44,582 nt of DNA from positions 93,019 through 137,600 of the IMG/VR virus record IMGVR_UViG_3300018465_000004. The stretch is one strand, 5' to 3'. The notes below the pieces were generated by a model. It was not told where the DNA came from and ran no database searches. It worked only from the letters and a program-made list of their open reading frames with translations. Within the stretch, counting starts at the first letter, position 1; each line of letters begins with the position of its first letter. Made by a program: the position numbers and the translations under genes. Below are positions 1 through 8,950 of the stretch, one piece after another. This DNA comes from a virus.

Positions 1-522
1 CTCACCCGCCAGGTCGACGACCACACCCGCGCCGCCGCCGTCCTGACCTCCATCGGCGAACAACGCCAGGCAGCCGCCCAGGCCACCATCGAAACCCTGG
101 TCACCAAGGGCTTGCAGAGCATCTTCGGCGACGACCTGTCCTTCCACCTGGTACCTGTCGTGCGGGGGAACCGACCCGAAGTGGACTTCGTGGTCCGCTC
201 CACCCTCGACGGAGCTGCGGTCGACACCCCCGTCATGGACGCCCGCGGCGGCGGCCTGGCCGCCACCGTCGGCTTCCTCCTGCGCCTGGTCGTGCTGCTG
301 CTCTCACCGCACCGCCAGGACACGGTCCTGTTCCTGGACGAGACCTTCGCCCACGTCAGCGCCGAATACGAGCCGCGCCTGGCCGAGTTCCTGCGTGAGC
401 TGGTCGACAAGACCGGCGTGCAGGTCATCATGGTCACCCACTCCGACGCCTATGCCGAACTCGCCGACACCCGCTACCGGTTCCAGCTCGTCGACGGCAT
501 CACTCGGGTCGAGGCGGTATGA
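1..522 (+). CDS. SbcC/Rad50/gp46-like ABC-ATPase, C-terminal part (5'-truncated)
   Basis: Frame is open from base 1; degenerate signature (ARGGG), Walker B VLFLDE and H-loop MVTH. Confidence 0.8.
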   Translation, partial: LTRQVDDHTRAAAVLTSIGEQRQAAAQATIETLVTKGLQSIFGDDLSFHLVPVVRGNRPEVDFVVRSTLDGAAVDTPVMDARGGGLAATVGFLLRLVVLLLSPHRQDTVLFLDETFAHVSAEYEPRLAEFLRELVDKTGVQVIMVTHSDAYAELADTRYRFQLVDGITRVEAV

Positions 523-677
523 CCCCGCAGGAGATCCCCCAGCCGGTGGTCGACCTGCTCGACGAACGCGCCGGGCGCCGGCACAGCCGGGAGGGATCCG
601 TGCTGCGCACCCTCGCCGAGATCCTCACCCTCTACGACCGGCTCAGCGCCGAGGAAAACCCGCCACGCCGGCGGTAG
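519..677 (+). CDS. Hypothetical protein, 52 aa (MTPQEIPQPVVDLLDERAG...)
   Basis: ATGA overlap with the previous stop codon; GC3-biased codons; fills the gap up to thyX; below the ORF-track length cutoff. Confidence 0.65.
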   Translation: MTPQEIPQPVVDLLDERAGRRHSREGSVLRTLAEILTLYDRLSAEENPPRRR

Positions 678-685
678 GGGAAGGT

Positions 686-1516
686 GTGGACAGCGACTTC
701 CAGCCAACGGCACGGGTCATCGCCGACTCGATCTCACCTGCCGGGGTCCGGCTGACCACCATCGAGGTGACACTCCACCGGTTCGTGCTGGCCGAGCTGA
801 ACACCCACCGCGCCTTCAGCCGCAACTCGGCGTCCTCCCGGGCCATCCCGGTCTCCCGCATCCTCAACCGCGTCGCCGACCGGCCAGCGATCCCAGTGCG
901 CTTCCCCGCCGAACAGCGCGGCATGCAGGGCGGCACCGACATCGACGACCCGGTCAAGGCCCGCGAGATCTGGCTCGCCGCCCGCGATGCGGCAGTGGTC
1001 TACGCCGAACAGCTCATCTGCCTCGGCGTGCACAAGAGCGTGGTCAACCGGCTCCTCGAACCGTTCCTGCCGCACACCGTCATCATCTCGGCCACCGACT
1101 GGGACGGATTCTGGCGGCAGCGCTGCTCCGCGCTCGCGCAGGACGAGATCCTCGTCGCCGCCGAGGCGATGCAAGCTGCCCGCCAGGCGTCCACCCCCAG
1201 GCCCGTTCCGTACGGCGGGTGGCACCTTCCCTACCTGCAACCGGAGGATCAGCACGTCTCCAGGTGGGTACATCAGCGCCTGAGCGCCGCCCGCTGCGCC
1301 CGGGTCTCCTACCTCACCCACGACGGACGGCGCGACACCCAAGCCGACCTCGACCTGTACACCAGGCTCGTCGAGGCCGACCCGCCGCACGCCTCCCCGC
1401 TGGAACACCCCGCCACCCCGGCCCGCCCCGGCGCCGCCGTGCCCGGCAATTTCCGCGGCTGGCGTCAACTGCGCCACCTCGTTCTCAGCCGCGACACCGA
1501 GGCAAGCCATGGGTGA
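686..1516 (+). CDS. thyX: Flavin-dependent thymidylate synthase (phage Thy1/ThyX type)
   Basis: ThyX signature ELNTHRAFSRNSASSR, plus ARCARVSY and HASPLEH; GTG start at 686 after a purine-rich GGGGAAGG; the track's start at 395 overlaps other genes. Confidence 0.88.
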   Translation: MDSDFQPTARVIADSISPAGVRLTTIEVTLHRFVLAELNTHRAFSRNSASSRAIPVSRILNRVADRPAIPVRFPAEQRGMQGGTDIDDPVKAREIWLAARDAAVVYAEQLICLGVHKSVVNRLLEPFLPHTVIISATDWDGFWRQRCSALAQDEILVAAEAMQAARQASTPRPVPYGGWHLPYLQPEDQHVSRWVHQRLSAARCARVSYLTHDGRRDTQADLDLYTRLVEADPPHASPLEHPATPARPGAAVPGNFRGWRQLRHLVLSRDTEASHG

Positions 1517-1682
1517 CAACGACGTGCGCCCGATCGGCTACACATACATCGGGATCGACGGACGGCGCTACACCTTGCGCTACCACGGAACCCGGGGATG
1601 GAAGCGCCTCCGGCCCTGGCACAGGCGCTTCTGGGAAGTCATGCTCGGCCGGTACCAGATCAGAGATCACCGGTCGAAGTGA
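1509..1682 (+). CDS. Hypothetical basic protein, 57 aa (MGDNDVRPIGYTYIGIDGRRY...)
   Basis: ATG overlaps the end of thyX; its stop overlaps the GTG start of the radical SAM gene (GTGA). Confidence 0.6.
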   Translation: MGDNDVRPIGYTYIGIDGRRYTLRYHGTRGWKRLRPWHRRFWEVMLGRYQIRDHRSK

Positions 1683-4567
1683 CCAGCCGAAGCCCATCGC
1701 ACATCCAACGGTGGCTGGATGCCAACCTGCACCGCTTCGACCTGGGCGTGCAGTTCCTCGGCGACGAACCGAACGCCCGTGGCAAGTCCTGGGACGACGC
1801 CACCGTCCGGTGGTGCATGGTGGCGTCCTGGCCGTACGAGGCAGCCGCCGGCAACTCCTCCATCCCCGCGGTGTACACCAGCATCAACGACGCCGATCCC
1901 GGCTACCTGTGTGACCGGTTCTACCTGCCGGCCACGCCGCGGGACCTGCGGCTGCTGGAGAAGAACCAGATCCCCATCTTCGGGGTGGAGACCAAGCACC
2001 AGCTGGCCGACTTTGACGTCGTCGGCACCTCCATCTCCTATCCGGTGCTGTCGCTGTCGTTTCTGAAGATGCTCGCCATGTCCGACATCCCGATCCGCTG
2101 GCGTGACCGCGACGCCGCCCCCGGCAACTACCCGATGGTCATCGCCGGGGGACTGTCCTTCGGCGCCCCGGAAGTCCTCGCCCCGGTCGTCGACTGCTGG
2201 TGGCTGGGAGAAGTCGAGGACGAACCCGCAAACCCGGGCATCGGCGCCCTCTGCCAGCGCATCGCCGGCTTCAAAGCGACCGGGCGTTGGACCACCGACC
2301 GGATCGGCTGCTACGCCGAGCTGGCCCGCGAGTTCAACCACCTCTACTTCCCCCGCTTCGTCGAGGTGCACTACGGCGAGGAGGACCGCAGCCACGCCGG
2401 AGTCGGACCCCACCCGTCCAAGCAGGTCGTCGGCTACACCTCGAAGCTCGACGGAATGCGGATGCCCTTCACCAAGAGACATGTCCGCAATCTCGACGCG
2501 ATCGCCCCACTCACTGATCCGCCGCTGCTCTACGCGGACCCGGCAATGGGCTCCGGCGACCTCGAAGTCGCCCGCGGCTGTCCCGCCTGGTGCTCCTTCT
2601 GCGCACTCACCTACCGGCAGAAGCCCTACCGGCAGCGCAGCGTCGACTACGTCGTCGAATACGCGAAGAAATACGCCGCCAACATGGGCTCCGCCCGGAT
2701 GGCGCCGTTCTCGCCCGACTTCCCCATGCACACCGAGCGGAAGCGGCTCATCGCGGCGCTGCTGGAAAACGTCTCGGACGAGGTCGACGCCCCGTCGATG
2801 CGGGTGGATGACTTCATCGCCGACGACCAGTTCATTCTGCTCCAGGTGCACGGCGGCATGGACGCGGTGACTCTCGGCGTGGAAGGCAACAGCCAACGGA
2901 TGCGTGATCTGGTGGGCAAAGGCACCGCGGACGCCGACATCCGGGAAGCTGTCACCCGCGGGATCCGGGCCGGCATTAAGAAGTTCAAACTGTTCATGAT
3001 TAACAACCTTCCCGGGGAAAACGAAGGCGACGTATTTCGCATCCTCAACCTGGCGAAAGACCTCGCTGACATCCGCGAGAGCATGCACCAGCCGAACGTC
3101 CGGATCCAGTTCTCCTGGACACCGTTGATGATCGAAGCAAACACACCGATGCAGTGGTTCGCCGCACCCACCCAGTCCCGGATCCTCGGTGACGTGTGGG
3201 AGGAGTTCCGCGACTTGAAAATCGACTTCAAGCTAGGAGCCAAAGCAGAACCCAACAAGATGGCGTTCTTTCAGCTCTGCCAACGTGCATCCCGGCACGT
3301 GGGGGAGGCCCTCGTGGACGCGATGGAAGCCATCGATCAGGCGTGCTGGGGCGGTGTGCCGCGCAACTTCAAAGACATCATCGTCGAAAAGCTACACACC
3401 CACGGCTTTCGCAACGGATACAACGACTGCTTTGACGAGCGCAAAAAGAACGACATGTTCGGCTGGGAGTACATCGACCAGGGCATTTCGGTGGAGATGC
3501 TGTGGCAGACGTATGTCCAGATGCGTGAATTCATCACAAACACCGACTCCCACAGCTACGACCTCAACTTCGACACCGACTACCACGGCTCGGAATGGAT
3601 CGAACGCTGCGACACCAAATGCCACGGCAAGACCTGCGGAGCCTGCACCTACGCGGACCTGAAGATCCGCACCGGCTACCTGCGCGCAGCCCAACGCGAA
3701 CGCCATATCGACCTGTCCACCCTCGCCGTGGTCGACCAACGCAGCCAGGCCATGCGGGTCCGGGCCCGGCTGGCCAAACCGGCCGCCTACCGGTTCGTGG
3801 CCAACCCGCACTGGCGCCACGCGGTGCGCCGCGCCGCCTTCCGCGCACAGCAACAGCTCAACCTCACACACGGCATCGCCAAACGGTCCATCCGCTTCGC
3901 CTCGGATGAGATCAAGCACAAGGACTGGACCTACGGCACCGACTACCTCGAACTGGCCTTCACCCGCCGGCTGTCCGCCGACACGGTCCGGACCTTCCTG
4001 GTCGCCATGGACGCCGAACTCGGCCGCTGGATGGACATCACCGACTGGGTCCCGCACCCGGCCGGCTCCACCACCTTGACCGCCGACATCGACCTGTCGT
4101 TGTTCGAGCTGGAGGTCGACACCGAACCGGCCGCGGTCCTCAACCGGCTCGGGTGGTGGCGGGCCTGCGACCGCGTACCGATGCGCCTACGGGTCGAAGG
4201 CGGCTACTTCGCACCCACCTCGGAGCAGGTCAACGCCCACGACTTCGTCGACGACCTCTGGCTCGTGCGCGACGGCGCCAACGCCGTCCTTCGCATCCTC
4301 AGCCGCGGACGCCCCAACCCCTACCACCTCTATACCGCACTGATGGGCCGCCCGTCCTGGCTCGACGCCGCCAAGACCCCCGCCCGCCGGGTCGAGACCT
4401 TCCTCGCCGTGGACCGCCGCCAGCAGGACTTCCTTCGACCCAGCTGCCTGGACTGCTCCCTCCAGGTCCCCACCACGGTCCTTGACCGGCCCTACGACCC
4501 GCACCGCTGCCCACGCTGCCGTGACCAGCACGACGGCCAGATCCTCCAGGAGGCGACCTACCCATGA
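1679..4567 (+). CDS. Radical SAM protein (TIGR03960-like) fused to a TIGR03936/DUF2344-like domain and a C-terminal Zn ribbon
   Basis: CxxxCxxC in EVARGCPAWCSFC; FDVVGTSISY and GEVED motifs; Cys cluster CDTKCHGKTCGAC; RVRARLAK..RFV...RRAAFRA segment resembling DUF2344; terminal CLDC...CPRC. Confidence 0.85.
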   Translation: MTSRSPSHIQRWLDANLHRFDLGVQFLGDEPNARGKSWDDATVRWCMVASWPYEAAAGNSSIPAVYTSINDADPGYLCDRFYLPATPRDLRLLEKNQIPIFGVETKHQLADFDVVGTSISYPVLSLSFLKMLAMSDIPIRWRDRDAAPGNYPMVIAGGLSFGAPEVLAPVVDCWWLGEVEDEPANPGIGALCQRIAGFKATGRWTTDRIGCYAELAREFNHLYFPRFVEVHYGEEDRSHAGVGPHPSKQVVGYTSKLDGMRMPFTKRHVRNLDAIAPLTDPPLLYADPAMGSGDLEVARGCPAWCSFCALTYRQKPYRQRSVDYVVEYAKKYAANMGSARMAPFSPDFPMHTERKRLIAALLENVSDEVDAPSMRVDDFIADDQFILLQVHGGMDAVTLGVEGNSQRMRDLVGKGTADADIREAVTRGIRAGIKKFKLFMINNLPGENEGDVFRILNLAKDLADIRESMHQPNVRIQFSWTPLMIEANTPMQWFAAPTQSRILGDVWEEFRDLKIDFKLGAKAEPNKMAFFQLCQRASRHVGEALVDAMEAIDQACWGGVPRNFKDIIVEKLHTHGFRNGYNDCFDERKKNDMFGWEYIDQGISVEMLWQTYVQMREFITNTDSHSYDLNFDTDYHGSEWIERCDTKCHGKTCGACTYADLKIRTGYLRAAQRERHIDLSTLAVVDQRSQAMRVRARLAKPAAYRFVANPHWRHAVRRAAFRAQQQLNLTHGIAKRSIRFASDEIKHKDWTYGTDYLELAFTRRLSADTVRTFLVAMDAELGRWMDITDWVPHPAGSTTLTADIDLSLFELEVDTEPAAVLNRLGWWRACDRVPMRLRVEGGYFAPTSEQVNAHDFVDDLWLVRDGANAVLRILSRGRPNPYHLYTALMGRPSWLDAAKTPARRVETFLAVDRRQQDFLRPSCLDCSLQVPTTVLDRPYDPHRCPRCRDQHDGQILQEATYP

Positions 4568-4755
4568 CCGACACCGACCAGCCCGCGACCACCGGCGAGC
4601 AGCCCGCACCCGACGCCGGCAACACCGAAGACCTCTCCCAGCTCACCGAAGACCTCGACGACAACGACGACGTATACACGCGTCTCGAACAGGTCAGCCC
4701 GGACCTCATCTGCCTGCCCGCCGACACCGTGACCACCGATGAGTCGACAGCCTGA
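4564..4755 (+). CDS. Small acidic hypothetical protein
   Basis: ATGA overlap; AGGAGG RBS upstream. Confidence 0.65.
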   Translation: MTDTDQPATTGEQPAPDAGNTEDLSQLTEDLDDNDDVYTRLEQVSPDLICLPADTVTTDESTA

Positions 4756-5050
4756 CCAGGCAGCCTTGCGCCCCTGCGCCGATCCGGAGTGCCGGACCGG
4801 CGCAGGGCGGTCGATGGCCGAACCCGAGCAGGACGGCGAGCACTGCTACTACTCCTGCCCCACCTGCGGCTACTTGTTCGGCTTCTCCACCGCCCGGCTG
4901 TCGCTCACCGCGCAAAACGACGGGGCCTGCGCGGTAGGTGTACCTGAGGACGTACGCCGGGCCGCTTCGGCACCCATGCGCAACGTCCTCGCCGCGCAGG
5001 GACCCCTTCTGACGATCGGCAAGGTGCCTGATGACCGAACAGCTGCGTGA
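4739..5050 (+). CDS. Putative zinc-finger protein
   Basis: CADPEC...CPTCG cysteine pairs; overlaps both neighbouring genes. Confidence 0.6.
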   Translation: MSRQPDQAALRPCADPECRTGAGRSMAEPEQDGEHCYYSCPTCGYLFGFSTARLSLTAQNDGACAVGVPEDVRRAASAPMRNVLAAQGPLLTIGKVPDDRTAA

Positions 5051-5768
5051 CGGCTCCACAGTGGAAGACCCCCGCCTGGACCGGATCCCCGACCCGGACC
5101 AGCGGGACAGCCTCTACTCGATCATGGAAGTGATCGGCGGCCAGGAAAAGCCGGTCACCATCAACTGGGGCATCCCCGAGGGCGAGCCGGTCCTCAACCA
5201 GGGCCAGGAAGGCGCCTGCGTCGGCTTCGGCTGCACCAACGAGCTGCGGTTCAACCCGGTCCCGGTCGGCGGCCTGACCGCCACCTTCGCCCGCGAGACC
5301 GTCTACTGGCCAGCCCAGCGCGACGACCAGTGGCCCGGCGGCGCCTACCCCGGCGCGGAACCCCGCTACGAAGGAACCTCCGTACGAGCCGGCGTCAAGC
5401 AAATGGTCAAGCTCGGCTACGTCGGGGAGTACCGGTGGGCCAAAACCGAGCAGGAAATGGCCCTGGCCATGACCGTCGGCCCGCAGATCCTCGGCCTGGA
5501 CTGGTACCGGGGAATGCTCAAACCCAACAGCACCGGGTACCTGCGCCCCACCGGCCCCAAGGTCGGCGGCCACTGCTGCCTGGCGATCGGCCTGAAAGTC
5601 ACCGCCCCCGGCGACTCCGGCTACTACACCATCTACAACTCCTGGGGACCCAACTGGGGGAAGAACGGCACCGCCCGCATCTCCCGTGCCGACATGCGCC
5701 GGCTCATGACCTCAGGCGGCGAAGCCTGCATCATCACCCAACGCTTCAACCCCCCACAGCCCCGCTGA
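5031..5768 (+). CDS. Papain-like cysteine peptidase (C1A-like)
   Basis: NQGQEGACVGF (oxyanion Gln, catalytic Cys), GGHC (His) and YNSWGPNWGKNG (Asn). Confidence 0.88.
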   Translation: MTEQLRDGSTVEDPRLDRIPDPDQRDSLYSIMEVIGGQEKPVTINWGIPEGEPVLNQGQEGACVGFGCTNELRFNPVPVGGLTATFARETVYWPAQRDDQWPGGAYPGAEPRYEGTSVRAGVKQMVKLGYVGEYRWAKTEQEMALAMTVGPQILGLDWYRGMLKPNSTGYLRPTGPKVGGHCCLAIGLKVTAPGDSGYYTIYNSWGPNWGKNGTARISRADMRRLMTSGGEACIITQRFNPPQPR

Positions 5769-5797
5769 AACCCCCAGCCTGAAAGGTCGCCAACGCC

Positions 5798-6922
5798 GTG
5801 GAAAGTCTTGCCCTGAAGTACCGCCCCCGCACCTTCGACGACCTGGTCGGCCAACGCGCCGTCCAGGTCGTCCTGCGCCAGATGGTCGACAAGGGCCGGG
5901 TACCCCGAGCTATGACCTTCAGCGGAGGCCGCGGTACCGGCAAGACCACCACGCTTCGCATCCTCGCCGCCGCCCTCAACTGCGACACCCCACCCGGACC
6001 CTGCGGCCACTGCGTGCCCTGCAAGTCCACCTTCGACGGCACCAACCTCAACCTCGTCGAAATCGACGCCGCCTCCAACGGCCTGGTCGACGACATCCGT
6101 CAACTGCGCCAGCACGCCCTCTACGCCGTCGGGGGCGGCTGGCGCGTCATCGGACTCGACGAGGCCCAGTCGATCAGCACCGCCGGCTTCAACGCCCTGC
6201 TCAAGATGATCGAGGAGCCCCCGCCGGACACCGTCTTCGTGTTGCTCACCACCGAACCCGGCCGCATCCCCGACACCGTCGCCTCCCGCTGCACCCGGTT
6301 CACCTTCCGGCGCATCGCACCGGCCGACATCACCGAACGACTCACCCAGATCTGCACCGCCGAAGGCATCACCGTCGAGCCCGGCCTGCTCAGCCTCGTC
6401 GCCGAGCGCGCCGACGGAGCACTGCGCGACGCCGTCATGCTGCTCGACCAGATCACCCAGGTCGGCGTCAACACCGTCGAGCAGTTCGTCGACGTGATGG
6501 GGGAGACCGACCCCGGACCGGCACTGCTCGGCGCCATCCGCACCGGCAACCACGCCACCGCATTCGGCGCCCTGGCCGACACCCTCACCCGCACCGCCGA
6601 CCCCGCCACCATCGCCACCGCGCTGGCCGCCACCCTGCGCGACGTGTGCATCCTGCACGCCGCAGGGACCGTCAACGCCCAGGGCGAGGCCCTCAGCGCC
6701 CGCGAGCAGCTCGCCGCCGCCCTCGACACCCCCACCGCGGTCGCCGGCCTCAAGCTGCTCTGGGACCACAAGACAAAGATCCGGTCCGGGGACGACCCGC
6801 GCACCGGGCTCGACCTCCTCGTGGCCATGCTCGTCGACGCCCTCGCCCCCGCCCGGCCCACCGCGCCGGCCGCCAGCCCTGAACGTCGGCTCACCCTCGC
6901 CGAGATGGCCGCCCGCCGGTGA
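5798..6922 (+). CDS. dnaX: DNA polymerase III gamma/tau-like clamp-loader ATPase
   Basis: LALKYRPRTFDDLVGQ, Walker A GGRGTGKTT, Zn motif CGHCVPC, EIDAASN, DEAQ, SRC motif and GALRDA. Confidence 0.93.
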   Translation: MESLALKYRPRTFDDLVGQRAVQVVLRQMVDKGRVPRAMTFSGGRGTGKTTTLRILAAALNCDTPPGPCGHCVPCKSTFDGTNLNLVEIDAASNGLVDDIRQLRQHALYAVGGGWRVIGLDEAQSISTAGFNALLKMIEEPPPDTVFVLLTTEPGRIPDTVASRCTRFTFRRIAPADITERLTQICTAEGITVEPGLLSLVAERADGALRDAVMLLDQITQVGVNTVEQFVDVMGETDPGPALLGAIRTGNHATAFGALADTLTRTADPATIATALAATLRDVCILHAAGTVNAQGEALSAREQLAAALDTPTAVAGLKLLWDHKTKIRSGDDPRTGLDLLVAMLVDALAPARPTAPAASPERRLTLAEMAARR

Positions 6923-7635
6923 CCCGACTGTTCGTGCTTATCCCCAGCCGGCAGCGGCCCGGGTCGGTCGGTGCCATGGCCCGCGCCTTCGCCAACACCT
7001 GCACCGCCGACACCACCATGATCTGGTGCATCGACGGTGACCCCGACGAGGACGACTACCGGACCGCCGTCGAGGTCAGCCGGGCCACCTTCTACCCCGC
7101 CATGCGCATCCACCTCGGCCATGAACGGCGCCGCCTCGTCGGCACCCTCAACTTCTGGTCCGTCATGTACGCCAGCCGACCCGACCGGCCCTGCGCCATC
7201 GCCTACCTCGGCGACGACCACCGCCCGGCCACCTACGGCTGGGACTCCGCCTACCTTGCCGCCCTCAAGCTGCTGGGCGCCGGGATCGTCTACGGCGACG
7301 ACGGGCACCAGGGCGCCAACCTGCCAACCCAGATGGCGATGACCACCGACATCGTCCGGGCGCTGGGCTACCTCGCACCGCCGCCGCTGACCCACATGTA
7401 CTGCGACAACTTCTGGAAAGACCTCGGCGAGGGCGCGGGCTGTCTGCTCTACCTGCCCGACGTGAAGGTCACCCACCTGCACCCCGGCGCCGGCAAAGGC
7501 AGCTGGGACGCCTCCTACCACGAAAGCAACTCAGCCGGCAGCTACGCCACCGACAAGGCCGCCTACGAGCGGTACCGGGCCGAAGAACTGCCGCGGGCCG
7601 TCGACATCGTCAAGAACCTGCGGAGCAACCTGTGA
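6919..7635 (+). CDS. GT-A fold glycosyltransferase (GT2-like)
   Basis: VLIPSRQRP N-terminus, YLGDDH metal-binding motif, HMYCDN and C-terminal HLHP. Confidence 0.75.
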   Translation: MTRLFVLIPSRQRPGSVGAMARAFANTCTADTTMIWCIDGDPDEDDYRTAVEVSRATFYPAMRIHLGHERRRLVGTLNFWSVMYASRPDRPCAIAYLGDDHRPATYGWDSAYLAALKLLGAGIVYGDDGHQGANLPTQMAMTTDIVRALGYLAPPPLTHMYCDNFWKDLGEGAGCLLYLPDVKVTHLHPGAGKGSWDASYHESNSAGSYATDKAAYERYRAEELPRAVDIVKNLRSNL

Positions 7636-8243
7636 GAACCGTGCACCTGCCGCCGCACCAGGCGTGGACCTTCGCCCGGCTCCCGGCCGTCCTAGCCGAA
7701 CTCGGCATCGATCCGTTCGTGGTGGCCCACGTCGGCGCCCACCACGGCGAAGAGGTCGAGATATACCGCCAGTGTGGCTTCGGGCACTGCTACCTCTACG
7801 AACCCGATCCGCGGTCCTACGCGCTGTTGTGGGAACGTTTTCACGACGCTGACGATGTGACCGTCTCACCGTTGGCGGTCACTCCCGCCCCGGTCGGTCC
7901 TCAGTGGCTGCACCTGGCCGAGCGCAGCGTGTGGAGCGGCCTGCACCCGCACCCCACGGCCACCGGGCAGGCAGTCGAGGTTCAGACCGTAGCCATCGGC
8001 GAGCTGCTGGACGCCACCAACGTCCTGGTCCTGGACACCCAGGGCTCGGAGATGGAGCTGCTGCGCGCGGCCGACCTGGACAAGCTCGACCTGGTCATCG
8101 TGGAGACCAGCCGCCGCCCCGGCGACGGCGCCGCCCACTTCGTCGAGGCCACCGGCTACATGACCAGCCGGGGATGGCGGGCGATCGAGGAGTGGGTCCA
8201 CGACGGCTCCGGCTACACCGACACCGTGTTCGCACCCGCATGA
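7632..8243 (+). CDS. FkbM-family SAM-dependent methyltransferase
   Basis: HVGAHHGEE, YEP and LDTQGSE motifs. Confidence 0.85.
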   Translation: MRTVHLPPHQAWTFARLPAVLAELGIDPFVVAHVGAHHGEEVEIYRQCGFGHCYLYEPDPRSYALLWERFHDADDVTVSPLAVTPAPVGPQWLHLAERSVWSGLHPHPTATGQAVEVQTVAIGELLDATNVLVLDTQGSEMELLRAADLDKLDLVIVETSRRPGDGAAHFVEATGYMTSRGWRAIEEWVHDGSGYTDTVFAPA

Positions 8244-8950
8244 ACCGGCGGCTCGTCTTCACCGCCTACAACCGACCGCGCTACTTCTCCCCGGTGATGA
8301 CCACCTGGTGGAAGGTACGCGAATACGCGGACTGGCAGCCCCGGGTATTCCTCGAACCCGGCCCCGCCGAGCACACGATGACCCGCATCGCCACCACCTA
8401 CGGAGCCCAGGTACACCTCAACCCCCACCGGCGGGGTGTGCTGTCCAACCCCTGGCACGCCCTGGACACCGCGTTCACCGAAGGAGCGGACTTCGTCGTG
8501 CTCGCCGAGGACGACGTCATGGTCTCCGACGACGTCCTGGAGTACTTCACCTACGCCTCAGCAGCCTTCCGCACCGACCACGTCCTCGGAATCTGCGCCA
8601 ACTCCAACGCCACCACCTGTTCACCCGCCGACGAGGGACTGCTGCGCCGTACCAAGGCCATCAACCCACTCGTGTGGGGCACCTGGGCCGACCGGTGGAC
8701 CGGCGTGCTGCGCGACACCTGGGACCACAGCTACTCCTCTGGAACCCCTGACGCCCCACAGTCCGGGTGGGACTGGAACATCGCCCTTCGGGTGATCCAG
8801 GACTGGACCGTGATCGCCCCGTACGCCAGCCGCTCCACCCACATCGGCGAGTACGGCGGAACCCACTGCACCGTCGCCCAGTTCCCCGACACCGTCGCAC
8901 CCACCTTCAACCCGTGCCGCCCACGCACCACCTACCGCCTGGAGGACTGA
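8240..8950 (+). CDS. GT-A fold glycosyltransferase (GT2/GNT-I-like)
   Basis: ATG at 8240 (ATGA overlap); TAYNRPRY, VVLAEDD, WGTWADRW, WDW and SRSTHIG motifs. Confidence 0.82.
   Translation: MNRRLVFTAYNRPRYFSPVMTTWWKVREYADWQPRVFLEPGPAEHTMTRIATTYGAQVHLNPHRRGVLSNPWHALDTAFTEGADFVVLAEDDVMVSDDVLEYFTYASAAFRTDHVLGICANSNATTCSPADEGLLRRTKAINPLVWGTWADRWTGVLRDTWDHSYSSGTPDAPQSGWDWNIALRVIQDWTVIAPYASRSTHIGEYGGTHCTVAQFPDTVAPTFNPCRPRTTYRLED

Noticed and set aside
395-685. Long N-terminal extensions in the ORF track (thyX from 395; also 7904, 8767, 9783, 25350, 27104 and 40505)
   Set aside because: They overlap upstream genes; better starts with an RBS or stop/start coupling exist downstream.
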